A stretch of 64,000 nt of DNA from Azolla caroliniana (lineage: Eukaryota > Plantae > Polypodiophyta): positions 806,001-870,000 of the forward strand of contig JBHGNT010000013.1 in NCBI GenBank assembly GCA_043228905.1, given 5' to 3'. Positions 1 to 12,646 of this stretch are shown here, in pieces. The number at the start of each line of letters is the position of its first letter. The first letter of the stretch is position 1. Below the pieces are notes generated by a model, which saw nothing but the letters and a program-made list of their open reading frames with translations, did no database searches and was not told the DNA's origin. Made by a program: the position numbers and the translations under genes.

Positions 1-2390
1 AAAGATTGTACCCATCCTTGAGCCTATCATGTGACATTGGAAAGTTTGTTTTAACACAAACATGTAGTTGTACAAAGAACACTAAAAATCGAAAACCTTA
101 AATGTTGAGATTTTAGTTGAGGATCATCTACATCTATAGAAAGCTAAATGGAACAGAGCTTTATGTGCTAAATCACAACTTGAAAGATTTTCCTCTATAA
201 GTCTAGTACAACTATACTTGGAAATTGAATGTGTAAAATTGATGGTGTGGTGGAAAAATTAATTCTATAATTTTTTTGCATTATGATCCTATCTAGGTTT
301 ATTTAGACAAACAACATAAATTTCACTTTGACATCATCGTATAAATTGCTAGTTTGATCTTACAAAATAGTTTTACAAACTCATATTCCGCAACACATCG
401 TACCAAGTCTTCTTTCATAAGAATGGGTTTTGTGGGTTCGCTTTCCATGACCTAATGGTCGAAAATGACAACGTGCTATAATCCAATAAAAGTCATCACA
501 TAGAATGATCCACATCATGATGTAAGAAAAAAAAAGCTCTTGAAAGAGGAATTTAGTGGTAATCCAGCAAGATGGTTGATGGGGAAAGAGGAAGCATAGT
601 TGTTGACTTTACAGCCATGAATGTGGAAAGTGGTTCTCTTGAAAAACCAAAGAACGTAGTTGATCACCTTCAAAACCGAAGAAGTATTGAATGACTCATA
701 ACTATGACCTAAGAGGGTTTGTTTCCAAATAGAGTTATTTTCGTTGTTGCCTATGGATATGGATACCTTGCAATGTGTCTAGGGAATAGATTGTAATTGT
801 TGGACTGTTTTCTCTATGTTGGAGTACATAGGTTTGTTTCCTCAACCGTTGTCTACATAAGACGGGCTTGGGAAAAAATACTTGTATGATGTAACCGTTA
901 TGACCTTTCTTTATAACTAATGGAAGGATAATTTGTTTTGAAAAAGAAAAAAAAGGCTCTATTGAGGCATCTAAAAATATGAAACCAAAGAAGTATTGTT
1001 GCCGAAAATTTATGATATCTATAAACAAATATATGGCTATAGATGTATGAGAAATTCAAACTAGTGTGATTGCTTATTTGCAAATTTAATTCCATACACT
1101 TACTCATACTTAAGGCTTCTAATCACATTGCAATCTAGATTGAACACATATTTCCTATTTTTAGTGTTTATCTTAGAAATGAGAGTTTCAAAGTTATTTA
1201 AGAAGGGTTTTCTCCACATAGCATGTGTTCTAACTAAGATTATAGTAGTAACACTTTTTGATACCGAATATGGTCCAAAGATAGTATGTTTTGGGATGCA
1301 TTTAATCCCATGTTGCGATCCTTGCTATATGACCAATTACTTCAACTTCAGTTTGATATGTCTATCCTCGAGAGATGGTCGTAAATAAATGATGAAAATA
1401 ATATAAATTCAACTGGAAACTCGATGAAAAGCAAATGCAATTTAATGATTGTTAAGTATTTTTATGGTGTGTGGTTTTCATAAATATTACCTTTCAATAT
1501 TGTATTTTATCTAGTCCACTTGAATGCAAATTCAAATAGTAGAAATTCAAAACCTATTGTTATTTTAGAAATGGTAGATACAAAATAAAAATCAATTAAA
1601 ACGGAATGTGGATCAACCTAGTCCACAATCGTGTGGATACATGTGCATAACAATCCTAATTGAATCTTTAGAGCTTGTGATGATACAATGGTATATGTGT
1701 TTTTTTTTTTCCCTAAGAGATGAAAGTTAATAGCACTATGTATATTTGAGTATACAAAATACATGGTTTTCAACATTCATAATCTAAATAAACTAGGAAA
1801 GTTGTGATTGTGACTAGAATGAAGTGTTTGAATGCAGATGCAACAATCTTGTCTGTAACACAAGATTTTGGACCAATGGCTCTATGCAATGAGGGTTTGA
1901 TGTTGGGTCTTAAAGTGGCTAGATGTCATATCAAAGCAATCCTTATCAACTTCTACAAGGAATTTCCATTTACTGTCCACAATGTCTAATTTGATGGCTA
2001 GTATTGGGTCGGAGACGATGTAGGCCATAGATCTATCTATAGTTTGAGGGCCACGTTATAACGATTAAAATGGTCCTTCTTATGTACTTTACTTCCATGT
2101 TAGTGGTACCACCACTTTTACAAAAAAGATATACGTGGCCCCACCATGTGGTATTATAAGAAAGGGACACAATTTTATACATTTGTCTACAAAACAAAGT
2201 AGTGCCTCCATTTGATTATCTCAAACTAGGTATAATTACACAACTGAATCCTACATAATTAACATGTACGAAATTTTGTTTACAAGCCTACACTAGAGGT
2301 TGACTATGACGTAGTTTTAAGTTTTTGTCAATTGCCTACAATTTCTGTCCTTCCATCCCAATACTGTCATCACACTTGCATGCAAGGATA

Positions 2391-3137
2391 CCTTGTTCAG
2401 CAATCCATCCATTGTAAAATGGGTGCGCATTGCTAATTCCTTTGTAAAATGGGACAAGTCTTTCAAAATTTCCCAACAAATTCATCTTAGTAAGTTGCTA
2501 AATGGGTTCTTTAAAACATTTAAGAATTCAAGCTCATCAATTTATTGCTTTCAAATGTTTCAACACCATCGAACACTCAAAGTTGTACGAAGAAGGGCTT
2601 TTATATTGGGGCCAAAGTTGCCAACTCTTGAGATACCCATTGGAAAATACTCAATGGAAGATAGAATGCACCAACATGAAATGATGGAAAGTTTGGGGGC
2701 ACGAGGGAGTTTTGTCTCTTAGCAAATAAAGGGGCTACATGTGAGTGGAAAAGAGAACAATTTAATCACCATACATGCATGCATAACCAAACACTTACCT
2801 TGTTTTTTTGAACAACCGCAAGGAAACTTGAAAGCCAAACAATGAATATTTACAACACGCAAAACATTCAAACAATAGCGCATCAATGTGCCAGCCAATG
2901 TTGTGAGAGTCAAAAAATAGAGAAAGGTATTATAACAAGGGACACCAAAAGGAACATCAACAAATACATGTCATGGACATAAACATAAATACACACACAT
3001 ACACATACAAGGACTTGACAAATATACATACAACATACATACATATAGAAAACATTGATGTATGCATATTTGTATGTATAATAATGAATGATCACCGTGT
3101 ACATTGTATAAATACACGTATTCACAAAGTATGTATG

Positions 3138-3203
<66 letters not shown>

Positions 3204-4853
3204 TATCCACACATGCGTGTGTAAAGATGCGGTGAGACAAAGACTTCCCGAAAAAGAGAGGAAGGTGGGGGCATTCAAAATTTGGGGATGGGAAATTGGA
3301 AATGCTACTTGGGACCCATTTATGTGCCTTTCGCCCATATCCTAAATTGCATGTGCAAATTGATTCACTCAATCATGCATTTGCCCCTCTCTCCCCCCTC
3401 AACCTTTTTGTCACCCATATTTCCAATGTACTCATTGTCTCGGAATTATTATTATTATTATTATGTGTGTACATGTAGGTATAAATAATGACGAAAATTC
3501 CCAAGACTTGTCACATGTTGTTACCAATAATGTCTTCAATTCCCCCCCAATGTTATATTGCTTGTCATTGTACCTCATTAGTTTGTTTTCTCCATTGTTG
3601 TACCTTTGCTAGACTTTTTTGTTGCATGACAACGAACCCTTGATCATTGTTTTCTAACATAACACACTTTTGATTTGAGAACGCTTGTTTTGCATCACTT
3701 TTAAAATTTGTGATGTATAAAGAAAAACATATCTCCCACATTGCATCTTGTTATTATGATCACAAGGAAACGGTTTTGAATATTTTCAAGGTTTCATTGC
3801 AAGTTCTTGGACATCTTTGCGCCAATGATGAGTGACCACATTAATGTCATTGATCATCAAGGCTTATTTGATTTAATGTCAACAATGATTTTTAGACCTA
3901 CCATTTTAACATTGTATGTCACTTGTTTTTAAGGTAACACAATTTAACTAACAATGATGCCAACATCAATCCTCATAGGATTGTGGAGATTGTCCTCATG
4001 GTTGGGGTTCATTCACATTTATTGGAATAAGCATCAGTAAATGAGATAAAGTGGTGTGTTGATCATGTAAGAACCATGAGAGAGACTCTAAAACAAATGA
4101 AACAAAATTTGCGAACTTGCTTATGAAGACATTGGGAACATAAGACAACGTGAGAATCTGAATTGACAAACAGAACCGCTTTTAGTTTAGGACTTGCTCA
4201 CACTAGATAATGTGAGGGTTAATATTGTGACAACGTGAAACAACGCACCTAAGCTCATGATTTCTAGTTTTTTCACATCAATCAATTGTATGCATTAATA
4301 TATATATCTATATGGACAATGATTGCAAAAGGTAGTTTGGACCAATCATAATTTTAATCAATACACTCAATTATGAGTAACCAATTGAAATTTCAATAAA
4401 TACATCCTCAATGATTAGATATACCTTGACAATGAAATTGTGTGGAAGTGTGTTAGGTAGCATCTCCTAACTTTTCCTCGAATAATTACGTATTAACGAA
4501 TATCAGCATTCTTCGTTAGGGAGAATATCACCACTTCCACTATGTTTCAAGCAAAGTACTAAAGTGGCTCGATAATGCTTCTTCAATCACAGGCCAAACA
4601 AAAGACATGGAGCTCTTTGTGATTAGACATTCGTCGCCAATCAAAAGGTGAAACAAAAAAGACAAAGAGCTTCTCAGTTACCTGCTTAGATGTTGGGAAA
4701 ACACTGCGGACATAGTCATCAGTGCCTCACGTGTCTTCTTCTTGCGAAGCTCTTGACGCATTTAACCGGCAATCCAGACGAAGGAGGAGAGAATCATACC
4801 TCTTTCTCTGCAGCCGTCGAAGAAGCTAGCCGAGGGATCCATGGCGATGAGGG
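2391..4853 (-). pseudogene. Degraded spliced gene remnant, unidentified (probably TE-derived)
   Basis: The minus strand shows GT-AG intron-like boundaries (e.g. AAG/GTAAGT...TGTAG around 2736-2798, AG/GTAACT near 4680) separating stop-riddled coding-like segments. No domain recognised. Confidence 0.25.
3142..3201. repeat. (AC)n microsatellite
   Basis: About 30 perfect AC units. Confidence 0.95.
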
Positions 4854-5062
4854 TCGAACGTGCGATGGATCGTGGCTTCTTCTTCTTCTTCTTGCAGAGA
4901 AACTCTCTTCCTCTGTCGATCGATTGATCGAACGAACGAATCCATAGACCAGGAAATCTGCTGCCTGAAAACATAGGGTGTCTGCGATTTAACCGTGGTT
5001 AAAAAACTACATCTTCTATATTTATGTGTATGTGTATGTGTATGTGTATATATAATATGTAA

Positions 5063-7294
5063 TTTTTTTTTTTCAAAAAAAAAGATACTACATTAGTATT
5101 AGAAAACCGCCATAAGGCTAAACATACAAGCTATACCGATCCCCTATATTTTTCTAAAGTCTAACCATTGGCTTGAATAAACACTTTGGTGTTGAGTAGA
5201 ACCACTCCACCTTACCAAAATACCGTCTATAAAATATACCTATGTCCCAAATGGCATGAAACTCCACCCGCCTAAGCTCCGCTTGATGCGTATTACCTTT
5301 TATACCATCCAAAATCCCTCTAAGATTATGTACAATCTCTATCCAAATTCCGGAGATTATTTGAGCAGGTCTTTCAATCATATTTTGAAATACCTTCAAA
5401 CATCGAGCCTTCCAAATATACCAAATTGTAATACTGCTTACCAATTGCCATATTTGAGGTTTATCAGTTTGTATTTGTGGATTCGGAGGGATCAAAATTT
5501 TTTCCATCATACCATGCCTCACCATAATAGCATCCGCAACCTCCTCATGTTCATATTCCATCGGTTTATCATGTACCGCTGCCCATAATACTGCACCCCA
5601 TGTGTACACTGCTCTAGGATATATTGGAATTAAAAATTTTATAATTTGTTTCCATATATCCATAGCAAAACCACAACTCCACAAACAATGTTTAGCAGTC
5701 TCTATTACATCTGTACAAAAAGGACACATCTTGTCTACATTTCCTTTTCGCCACCCATTAACTGGTATAGCATTATGAACCAACAACCATCGAAAACCAA
5801 CAATTTTCCTACTCATCTTTATACCCCATAACCATTTCCAAAATTGTTTAAGATGTTGTGGAGAAAGTTCATTTCGTCTCCAAACAATATTTGCAGTTGG
5901 TTCTTTCCATGATCTAGCAGCTAATACTTTCCTACCAATCCTCACAGAATACTGAAAAAACGGCACATATTTGATGTTATCTTGCATCCTCACCTTCCAA
6001 TACAGTTCTCCAGGATCCCAAGTTAGTGTAGATATTGATCTCCTTTCCAAAATCCAAATCCTCCACAAACAATTCACCTTTTGAGGATCCGGGTCTAATA
6101 CCCAATTTGATCCATCATTTGCAATCACCCTCACTTCTTTATGTAAACAAAAACTAAACAAATCATGTTCCATAGATGTACAGATTAACCTACCATCATC
6201 CTGTACATCAAAAGTCATGCATTCTTGTTCCCCAATATAGGCTTTCACTCCAATTAAAACATCCAATGGAGTAAATAAACCCATCCACTTGTGTGTAGTA
6301 TATCCAATTTGCATTTGAACATTAACAAGGGCATTCTGGATCGCAGAATACATTATCTTCCCACCCCTTATATTACTAATTAATAGCATTTGTTGATCTA
6401 TAGATTTAGACAAAAAAGTTATCCATGCACCTATAGACTGTGCTGGCCCACGATCTAATTCTGCCCATGCACATTTAGTACGCTTTCCCAACATTTGTCC
6501 TCTTAGGTCAGTCAACCATGAATTCCAAATCAGCGGTTGCCTACAGAATTCAGATTCTGTTTTTGGCAATGTCTTAACTAAATCACGAGAAATATCTTTC
6601 CATGCTTTAAGAACACATCGAGCAAATCTATCTTCCCAACTTGTAGCAATAGCCAATTTATTATGTTCCATAAAAGCCCATCTAGCACTAGGCGTCCAAT
6701 CTCCACCCGTCTTGGGACAAAACCTTTGCAATTCATAAAACAACAATTGTTTCCAAGGTTCCGATCATGGCAATAATCCTCGAATCACCAATTTTGCCAT
6801 TAAAGCTTTCGATTGTTGTAATGGATCCACAATCCCTAATCCTCCTTGATCCAATGGCTTAACAATTGTGGACCAAGAGACTTTTGCCCTAGCATGGCTT
6901 CCATCATTACCAGACCACAAATAATTTCGAATCAATCTTTGCAATTGTCCCATACATGATCTCGAAAAACTTCAACATGACATAATATACCAGAGACTAG
7001 ACAACAAAACATGATTAACGACTATCACTCTACCCGCAAATGATAGTTTAGCTTTACTCCAAAACATAAGTTTTTTCCTAATTTTCAATAACAAAGAAGC
7101 AACCTGAATTTCTGAAGAAATATTCAACCCTACTTGACATCCCAAATATCTAACTGAAGTGCCCTCGGGAACCCATCTGAAATCTGGATGAGGACTCCAT
7201 TGTGGAGTTGTGGAATCGGACGACACCCAAAAACCCACTGATTTATTCCAATTAATTGCTGCACCTGCAGCTATACAAAATGTTTGCATTGCTG
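5063..7294 (-). mobile_element. 5'-truncated L1-clade LINE
   Basis: ORF2 C-terminal half (INWNKS...VRYLG, GGLGI, zf-RVT CPFC..ETAKHCLWSC), poly(A) tail (T run 5063-5073) and candidate TSD TGTAAT(TT) at 5058 and 7295. Confidence 0.9.
5154..7289 (-). pseudogene. LINE ORF2 C-terminal part (RT thumb to zf-RVT), broken by stops
   Basis: ORFs 6972-7289, 6765-6953 and 5154-6746 are consecutive pieces of one L1 ORF2. Confidence 0.85.
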
Positions 7295-7302
7295 TGTAAT
7301 TT

Positions 7303-7790
7303 ATTTATGTATGTAAATTTTTTGTGTTTGGTATGTATATATTGTGAAATGCACACATGCACACCACAACATGTTTTTGTATATAATTGTGATTTGTGTG
7401 TATAATAATATATGCGTGTAATATGTAATACATAAAATAGTTTGTAAGAATGTGTATGTATATATGTAATATGTAATTTTAATGTGTGTGTTATGTATAT
7501 ATGTATGTCAATATATATGGCTTATTCAGATATGTATGTAGAATGTATGCATTTATATATATCTAGATATGTATGCATGTATTTATATATGTAGTATGTA
7601 TTGTATTTATGTACATATTTACATATGGTAATACATATTTGTACAAATATAATATATTCATGTTTAGTCACTATGCATGTATAAATGGGTGTAATGTGTG
7701 TATATACATATTCATGGATGTAATGTTTAAATGTAGGTATATATGCATGCATGCATGTATATGTATGTATGTATGTATAATGTATATATG
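7303..7790. repeat. Degenerate TA/TG low-complexity tract
   Basis: ATGT/ATAT-rich sequence; its ORFs are compositional artefacts. Confidence 0.8.
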
Positions 7791-8212
7791 CTACTCCAAA
7801 TTTGAGCATTGTTTGCATAATATATTCTTTACTATCTCATTGAAATATATTTAATATTTCATGGGCTTATGTAATTTTTTTCTCTAGCATAATTGATAAT
7901 ACCCTTAGGTAGATATATTTTCAAAGATTTATTTATACCCTTATATATATACATTCTGTATCTCAGTGGCCAATTTAAACCCCTTTTGATGAACTCACAT
8001 GCTATCATACAAGTTTTGACAATGAAACCCCCATGTGCTTGAAAGAGAAGTTTCTCACATTGAAACAAGAAAATCAACGATTGTTGGGGGATCTTCAACA
8101 AATCTCCTTAGAGAAGCAATAGATGCAATAACAACATGGGGAATTAGCATTACGTGCGCAACAGCTAGAAGCGACCATTGTAGCATTGCAAGAGAGAGAG
8201 AGAGAGAGAGAA

Positions 8213-8328
8213 TTAGTACTAAAATAGAGAGAGAATTAGTACTAGAGAAGGGAAGTACTATGAGGATTAGTACTTTAAAGAGGAAGGGACTACGTAAGAC
8301 TCACGAGAGAGGAAGAGAGAAAAGGAGG

Positions 8329-8392
<64 letters not shown>

Positions 8393-8949
8393 TGATAACA
8401 GGTGATATATTATATGAGGAGTAAGTACAAAAGAGCTATGAGGCTTAAGACTGGCGTTGAACCGTTTTGGTTCGAAATAATGCCTTGTGCCTCCTTTTAT
8501 AGTGTTCTCAAGAGTACTTCTAAAGTTTCTAGAATGTTCCCATATAACATAAGGTCATGGGTTCGAGTCTTGCCATATCATTAGACTATATATTGTAATA
8601 CGAAGGATATTATTTTCATTTAAGTATTACTATAGAAAATTAATGTATATTCTAGATTTCTCTAGAACATTCTAGAAGCTTCAGGACTACCCTTGAGAGC
8701 ACTATAAAAGGAGGCACAAGGCCTTATTTCGAACCAAATTGGTTCAATGCTAGTCTTAAGCCTCATAGCTGTTTTGTACTTACTCTTCATATAATATATC
8801 ATCTGTTATCATCATCTCTCTCTTTCTCTTGTCCTCTCTCTCTCTCTCTTCCTCTCTCGGGAGTCTTATGCAGTCCCGTCCTCTTAGTACTAATAGTACT
8901 TCCCTTCTCCAGTACTAATTCTCTCTCTGTTTTAGTACTATTCATGACA
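8213..8949. mobile_element. Two head-to-head copies of one LTR family forming a fold-back
   Basis: 8213-8539 is the approximate reverse complement of 8665-8940. The plus copy ends ...TTCATGACA at 8949. Same family as the LTR at 12647-15533. Confidence 0.85.
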
Positions 8950-9017
8950 GAACCGATCGGCCGAGACTGATCCGAACAGGGGCTAAGCTAGGGAACCGAG
9001 AACCGAGAACCGAGGGC

Positions 9018-9333
9018 TGTGAATCGAGTTGGAAGTATTCCGAAAGGCCGTTCAGGGTCTATATTCCTACTATAGTAAATAGGAATATTGTAGATACATT
9101 TAGTGTCAGGCTCATTTATGAGCATTCAAGTACTGACGGTACTTGTGTCAGCCCACTCGTAAGGGGCCTGTATAAAAAGTGCTCACTGAGCACAACGTAT
9201 GTACAGAGTGTTCATTATTCGAAATAGAAGTTTTTGTTTGATCTCTCTGTCTATCTCTCTCATACACCATTCTCTGTGTTTACCTAACTGTCGAGTTTCC
9301 GAAACCAACTGTGTACTCGGTGTCTGTCGCACA
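9018..9333 (+). mobile_element. Putative LTR remnant
   Basis: TGTGA...GCACA termini and an internal TATAAAA. No TSD found. Confidence 0.4.
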
Positions 9334-9356
9334 CGTATTCTTTTCAAGTAGCTCCT

Positions 9357-9653
9357 ATGAAAAGAACAAGAGCCTCGCAAAAGGAGGAAGAAGTAGAAGG
9401 AGAATCTAGTGCCTCAAGACAAAAGAAGAAGTCTAAGGAGAATGAGAAAGAGGAGAAATTGAGAAGGAGATACTCCAGAAGGAAGATAAAGATGGAGGAT
9501 ATTCCTATGGGAGAAGGTGTAGAAGCTTGTAATCTGAAGCATGAATTGATATCAAGTGGGCCAAGGATAACATGGCAACAACTTCTTCAATTATATGGAC
9601 CCACATTACGAAAGGAGTGGGGAAGGCTTGCAAGTATCCGCCAAAGACCATGA
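9357..9653 (+). pseudogene. Gypsy gag/pre-protease fragment
   Basis: NLKHELISSGPRITWQQLLQL..PTLRKEW resembles the region upstream of Gypsy proteases (compare CQITLPLGRLLQLVPRF in ORF 62885-63724). Confidence 0.55.
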
Positions 9654-10817
9654 GATTACGAATGGATTTTACAATATCAAGTCCAAAATCGTTGGATTAA
9701 GAAAGAAATTCCTTTTATAAAATACGGATTACACGTGTTGAGGTAAACGATTACAACAGTGGTAATTTTTTGGAAATAAATCATAAACTAAAAAATGTTA
9801 CACATGTTCTTGTAGCATACATATCGTACAAGCTATTTTGTTGGTTGCAGAGGTCCCAAGCTTCTTGTTCCTTGGGGATATGGTGGTCTCTCGTGCCTAT
9901 ATGTATGTATATATTCTCTATATGTTCCCTGAAAACAATGGTTAGTTCTTCAACCACGGTTAGTTCTTTGACACGAGTATGTGTATGCATGTGTGCATGT
10001 GTGCATGCGTATTTGCATATGCATGTGCATGGTTGTGTTTGTATGCATGTATGAATGCATGCACACATGCGTTTACAACATTCTCTTGCATACTTTTTTT
10101 GCCATGTTACTTTGTGTATTTGCTATTGTCATTTCACATGAAAGATGAGCTCTTTCGGTCTTGAGAAACCTCATGTAACTTCAAGAAGTGATTGACAATA
10201 GAGGTGAGAGATTCCAGTGACAATCGAACAAGAGTTTGTTGTGATTTGTGCAAGCTTTCGTGCGAATGCAAGCTCGAATCCACATCCACCATGCTCTAAA
10301 AAAGAAAGAAGGCGGACCAATACAACTTCTAAAGAGCTTATGCCATACCATTTGAATCTCGACTGACCAACACTAAGGTGCACATAAAAAACACTTAATT
10401 TATTTTGTGATATCTTTGTTGGAAAGGCTGTAGATCTTGTTGATATGTGTTATATTAATGATACTCTTACTCTACTAGCCCAAACATGAAGTTCCATTCT
10501 CTTGTTTCGTTTCCAAATTTCTTTGTTATTCAAGGTGGCACGATAGCATAGGAACAATGGAAGAGATTGAAGCATGTGTATATTTGGGCAAGAAATGACA
10601 TATATGACTGTCCTGACCTTGAATAGCTCTTGCAATGTTGGAGTTTACTTTGAAACTATATGGAAGTAGGCTTTGTTAATTCAAGCTTCCGGAATTGATG
10701 GCTTGGAGAAAAGGGAGGTCATCGAGGCAAATATAGTAACACGAAAACCACAAGGCATGCATCCATACACGGTTATAAATATATATATATATATACATAC
10801 ATAGTTATGGGTTGCAT

Positions 10818-11053
10818 ATTATATTATGGACCACATAAGTTGATGTTATTGTGCATGGGATCACTTAGGAGGTGAAGGTATAATGATTGATGCTTCTTGA
10901 TTATTATGCTACATCTTTTGTTTGTTGCAGATTATATTATGGACCAAAAAAGTTGAACTTATTGTGCATGGGATTAAGATTGTGCATTACTTAAGAGGAG
11001 AAGGTATAATTATTCATGCTTCTTGATTATTGCTCTACATCTTTTGTTTGCAA
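10818..11053 (+). repeat. Tandem duplication of a ~115-120 bp exon+intron-like unit
   Basis: ATTATATTATGGACC...GAAG/GTATAA...CATCTTTTGTTTG occurs twice. Confidence 0.8.
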
Positions 11054-11914
11054 CTATCATTTCCATATAGGTTTTCAACTTATTGAATGATGGTGCTCAA
11101 CAAAGAAGTAAAATAACGTGTTTTTTGTGTGTAGGTTTGCAAATGTCAAATTTGATAAGGACTATGATAAAGGGCATGTACATGAAGCTTGTTCATATAA
11201 ATTACATTGATGATAACCCAACACTACTTTTCTTGCAAATTTCAAATTAAATGTTCTTGATGTAAAGCTCTGTGGGTTCCAGAGCCTAATTACTTTGTTT
11301 TTGCTGCAAAGAGATTAATGGCTATGGCTGTGAAAGAGAATATGTTTTATAGATTTAAAGTGTTGTGTGTGAGTGTTTGCATTGTAACAAGTTAGGGACT
11401 CAAATGCTCAATTTTTCTTAGCGAAAAACTCAGTGTGTGTTTGTTCTAGCATTGCAACATTTTTATCCAATGAAGTTCTTGCTCAAGTTGAATGTTGTGA
11501 ATGATTCTTGAACATCTCATAACATAGTATTCTTGTTATATATATGCTCTTTTAGATATATTGTTTTTCACTTCCATGAAGCCACAATATATGCATTGTT
11601 ACATAGGCATGTAAGAGAAGATGGCATGGAATGAAGACAACCTTTCATGCTTAGTGATTAGATGGCGATCCTTCTTCGAAGATGGTTTGAAGACACATAG
11701 GCTCCACATCAACATACATGCAAACAAACAAACATACATCGATACATACAAACACATTTTTTAAAAAAGAAATAAAGAGAGAAAAAAATTTATTAAAAAA
11801 AGTAAAAACAAAATTTACTCTTTTCAAAAGGTGTTGCACAATGATGGTATATGTGCAGTGCCAATAGCAATGTGTTTTGGCATCACTACTAGCTTATTTT
11901 GTTGTAGTGACATG

Positions 11915-12300
11915 TATAATACACGTTCACGCATGCACATATATAGAACACATGCACACACATACACAAACATACGTACATATACACGCACACATATATC
12001 ATTACACTTACATGCACACACATGCACATATAACACATAGATACATACACACATGCCATATACATAAAATATATACAACACATGCAATACAGTACAATAC
12101 ATGCATATATAAACATGGAATACAATACAGTACAATACATGCATATATAAACATGGAATACAATACAGTACATATGTACATTCACATGCAATACAATACA
12201 TACATGTGAACATACATACGCATAACCCATACATAAAATATATACAACACATGCAATACAATACAGTATATACATACACACATATATTGAACATACATGT
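11915..12300. repeat. Degenerate (CA/TA) low-complexity tract with short internal duplications
   Basis: ACAT/ACAC-rich; CAATACATGCATATATAAACATGGAATACAATACAGTA is duplicated. Confidence 0.8.
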
Positions 12301-12646
12301 GTTTTCTATGTAAGGGCATTTAAAATGAGTTGTTGTCAAAATATATATTTGCACTAAGTGGTATTGTTATTAATTGTTTTTTTACAAAAGGGTCTCTAAA
12401 ATAATAAAATACATAAGTATAAGGGTTTTATAAAAGATGTTATGAACGCACGTGATACAACCTCTTTATATATAGTGGAGCCCCCGAGTTCAAGAATTGC
12501 AACTCCGAGAAAACAAATTGATATTCTTGAGCACTAACAGTGGCCATAGTATGAGAGAAAAGAGGAATAAGAAATTAGTATGAAGGGAGGGAGAAGTAAG
12601 AAGATAAAAGGAAGAGGAGGAAGGAGACCGAGAAATCGGTTCAAAC

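Noticed and set aside
640-810. EKPKNVVDHL...AYGYGYLAMCLGNR as an N4/N6 DNA methyltransferase motif I region
   Set aside because: No D-x-F-x-G-x-G or DPPY/SPPY motif, and there are in-frame stops; the resemblance is too weak.
2860-2910. HNIGWHID on the minus strand as an AlkB HxD motif
   Set aside because: The downstream SxSLG, distal His and RxxxxxR motifs are not present.
2910-3488. ORFs rich in CV/HT/ER/SL repeats here and at 7.5, 8.0, 11.8, 20.6, 37.7, 38.7 and 51.0 kb
   Set aside because: These are translations of microsatellite or low-complexity DNA.
4986-5012. Hairpin TTTAACCGTGGTTAAA followed by CTAC as a Helitron 3' end
   Set aside because: The terminus is not CTRR, the hairpin is AT-rich, and no Rep/helicase or matching 5' end was found.
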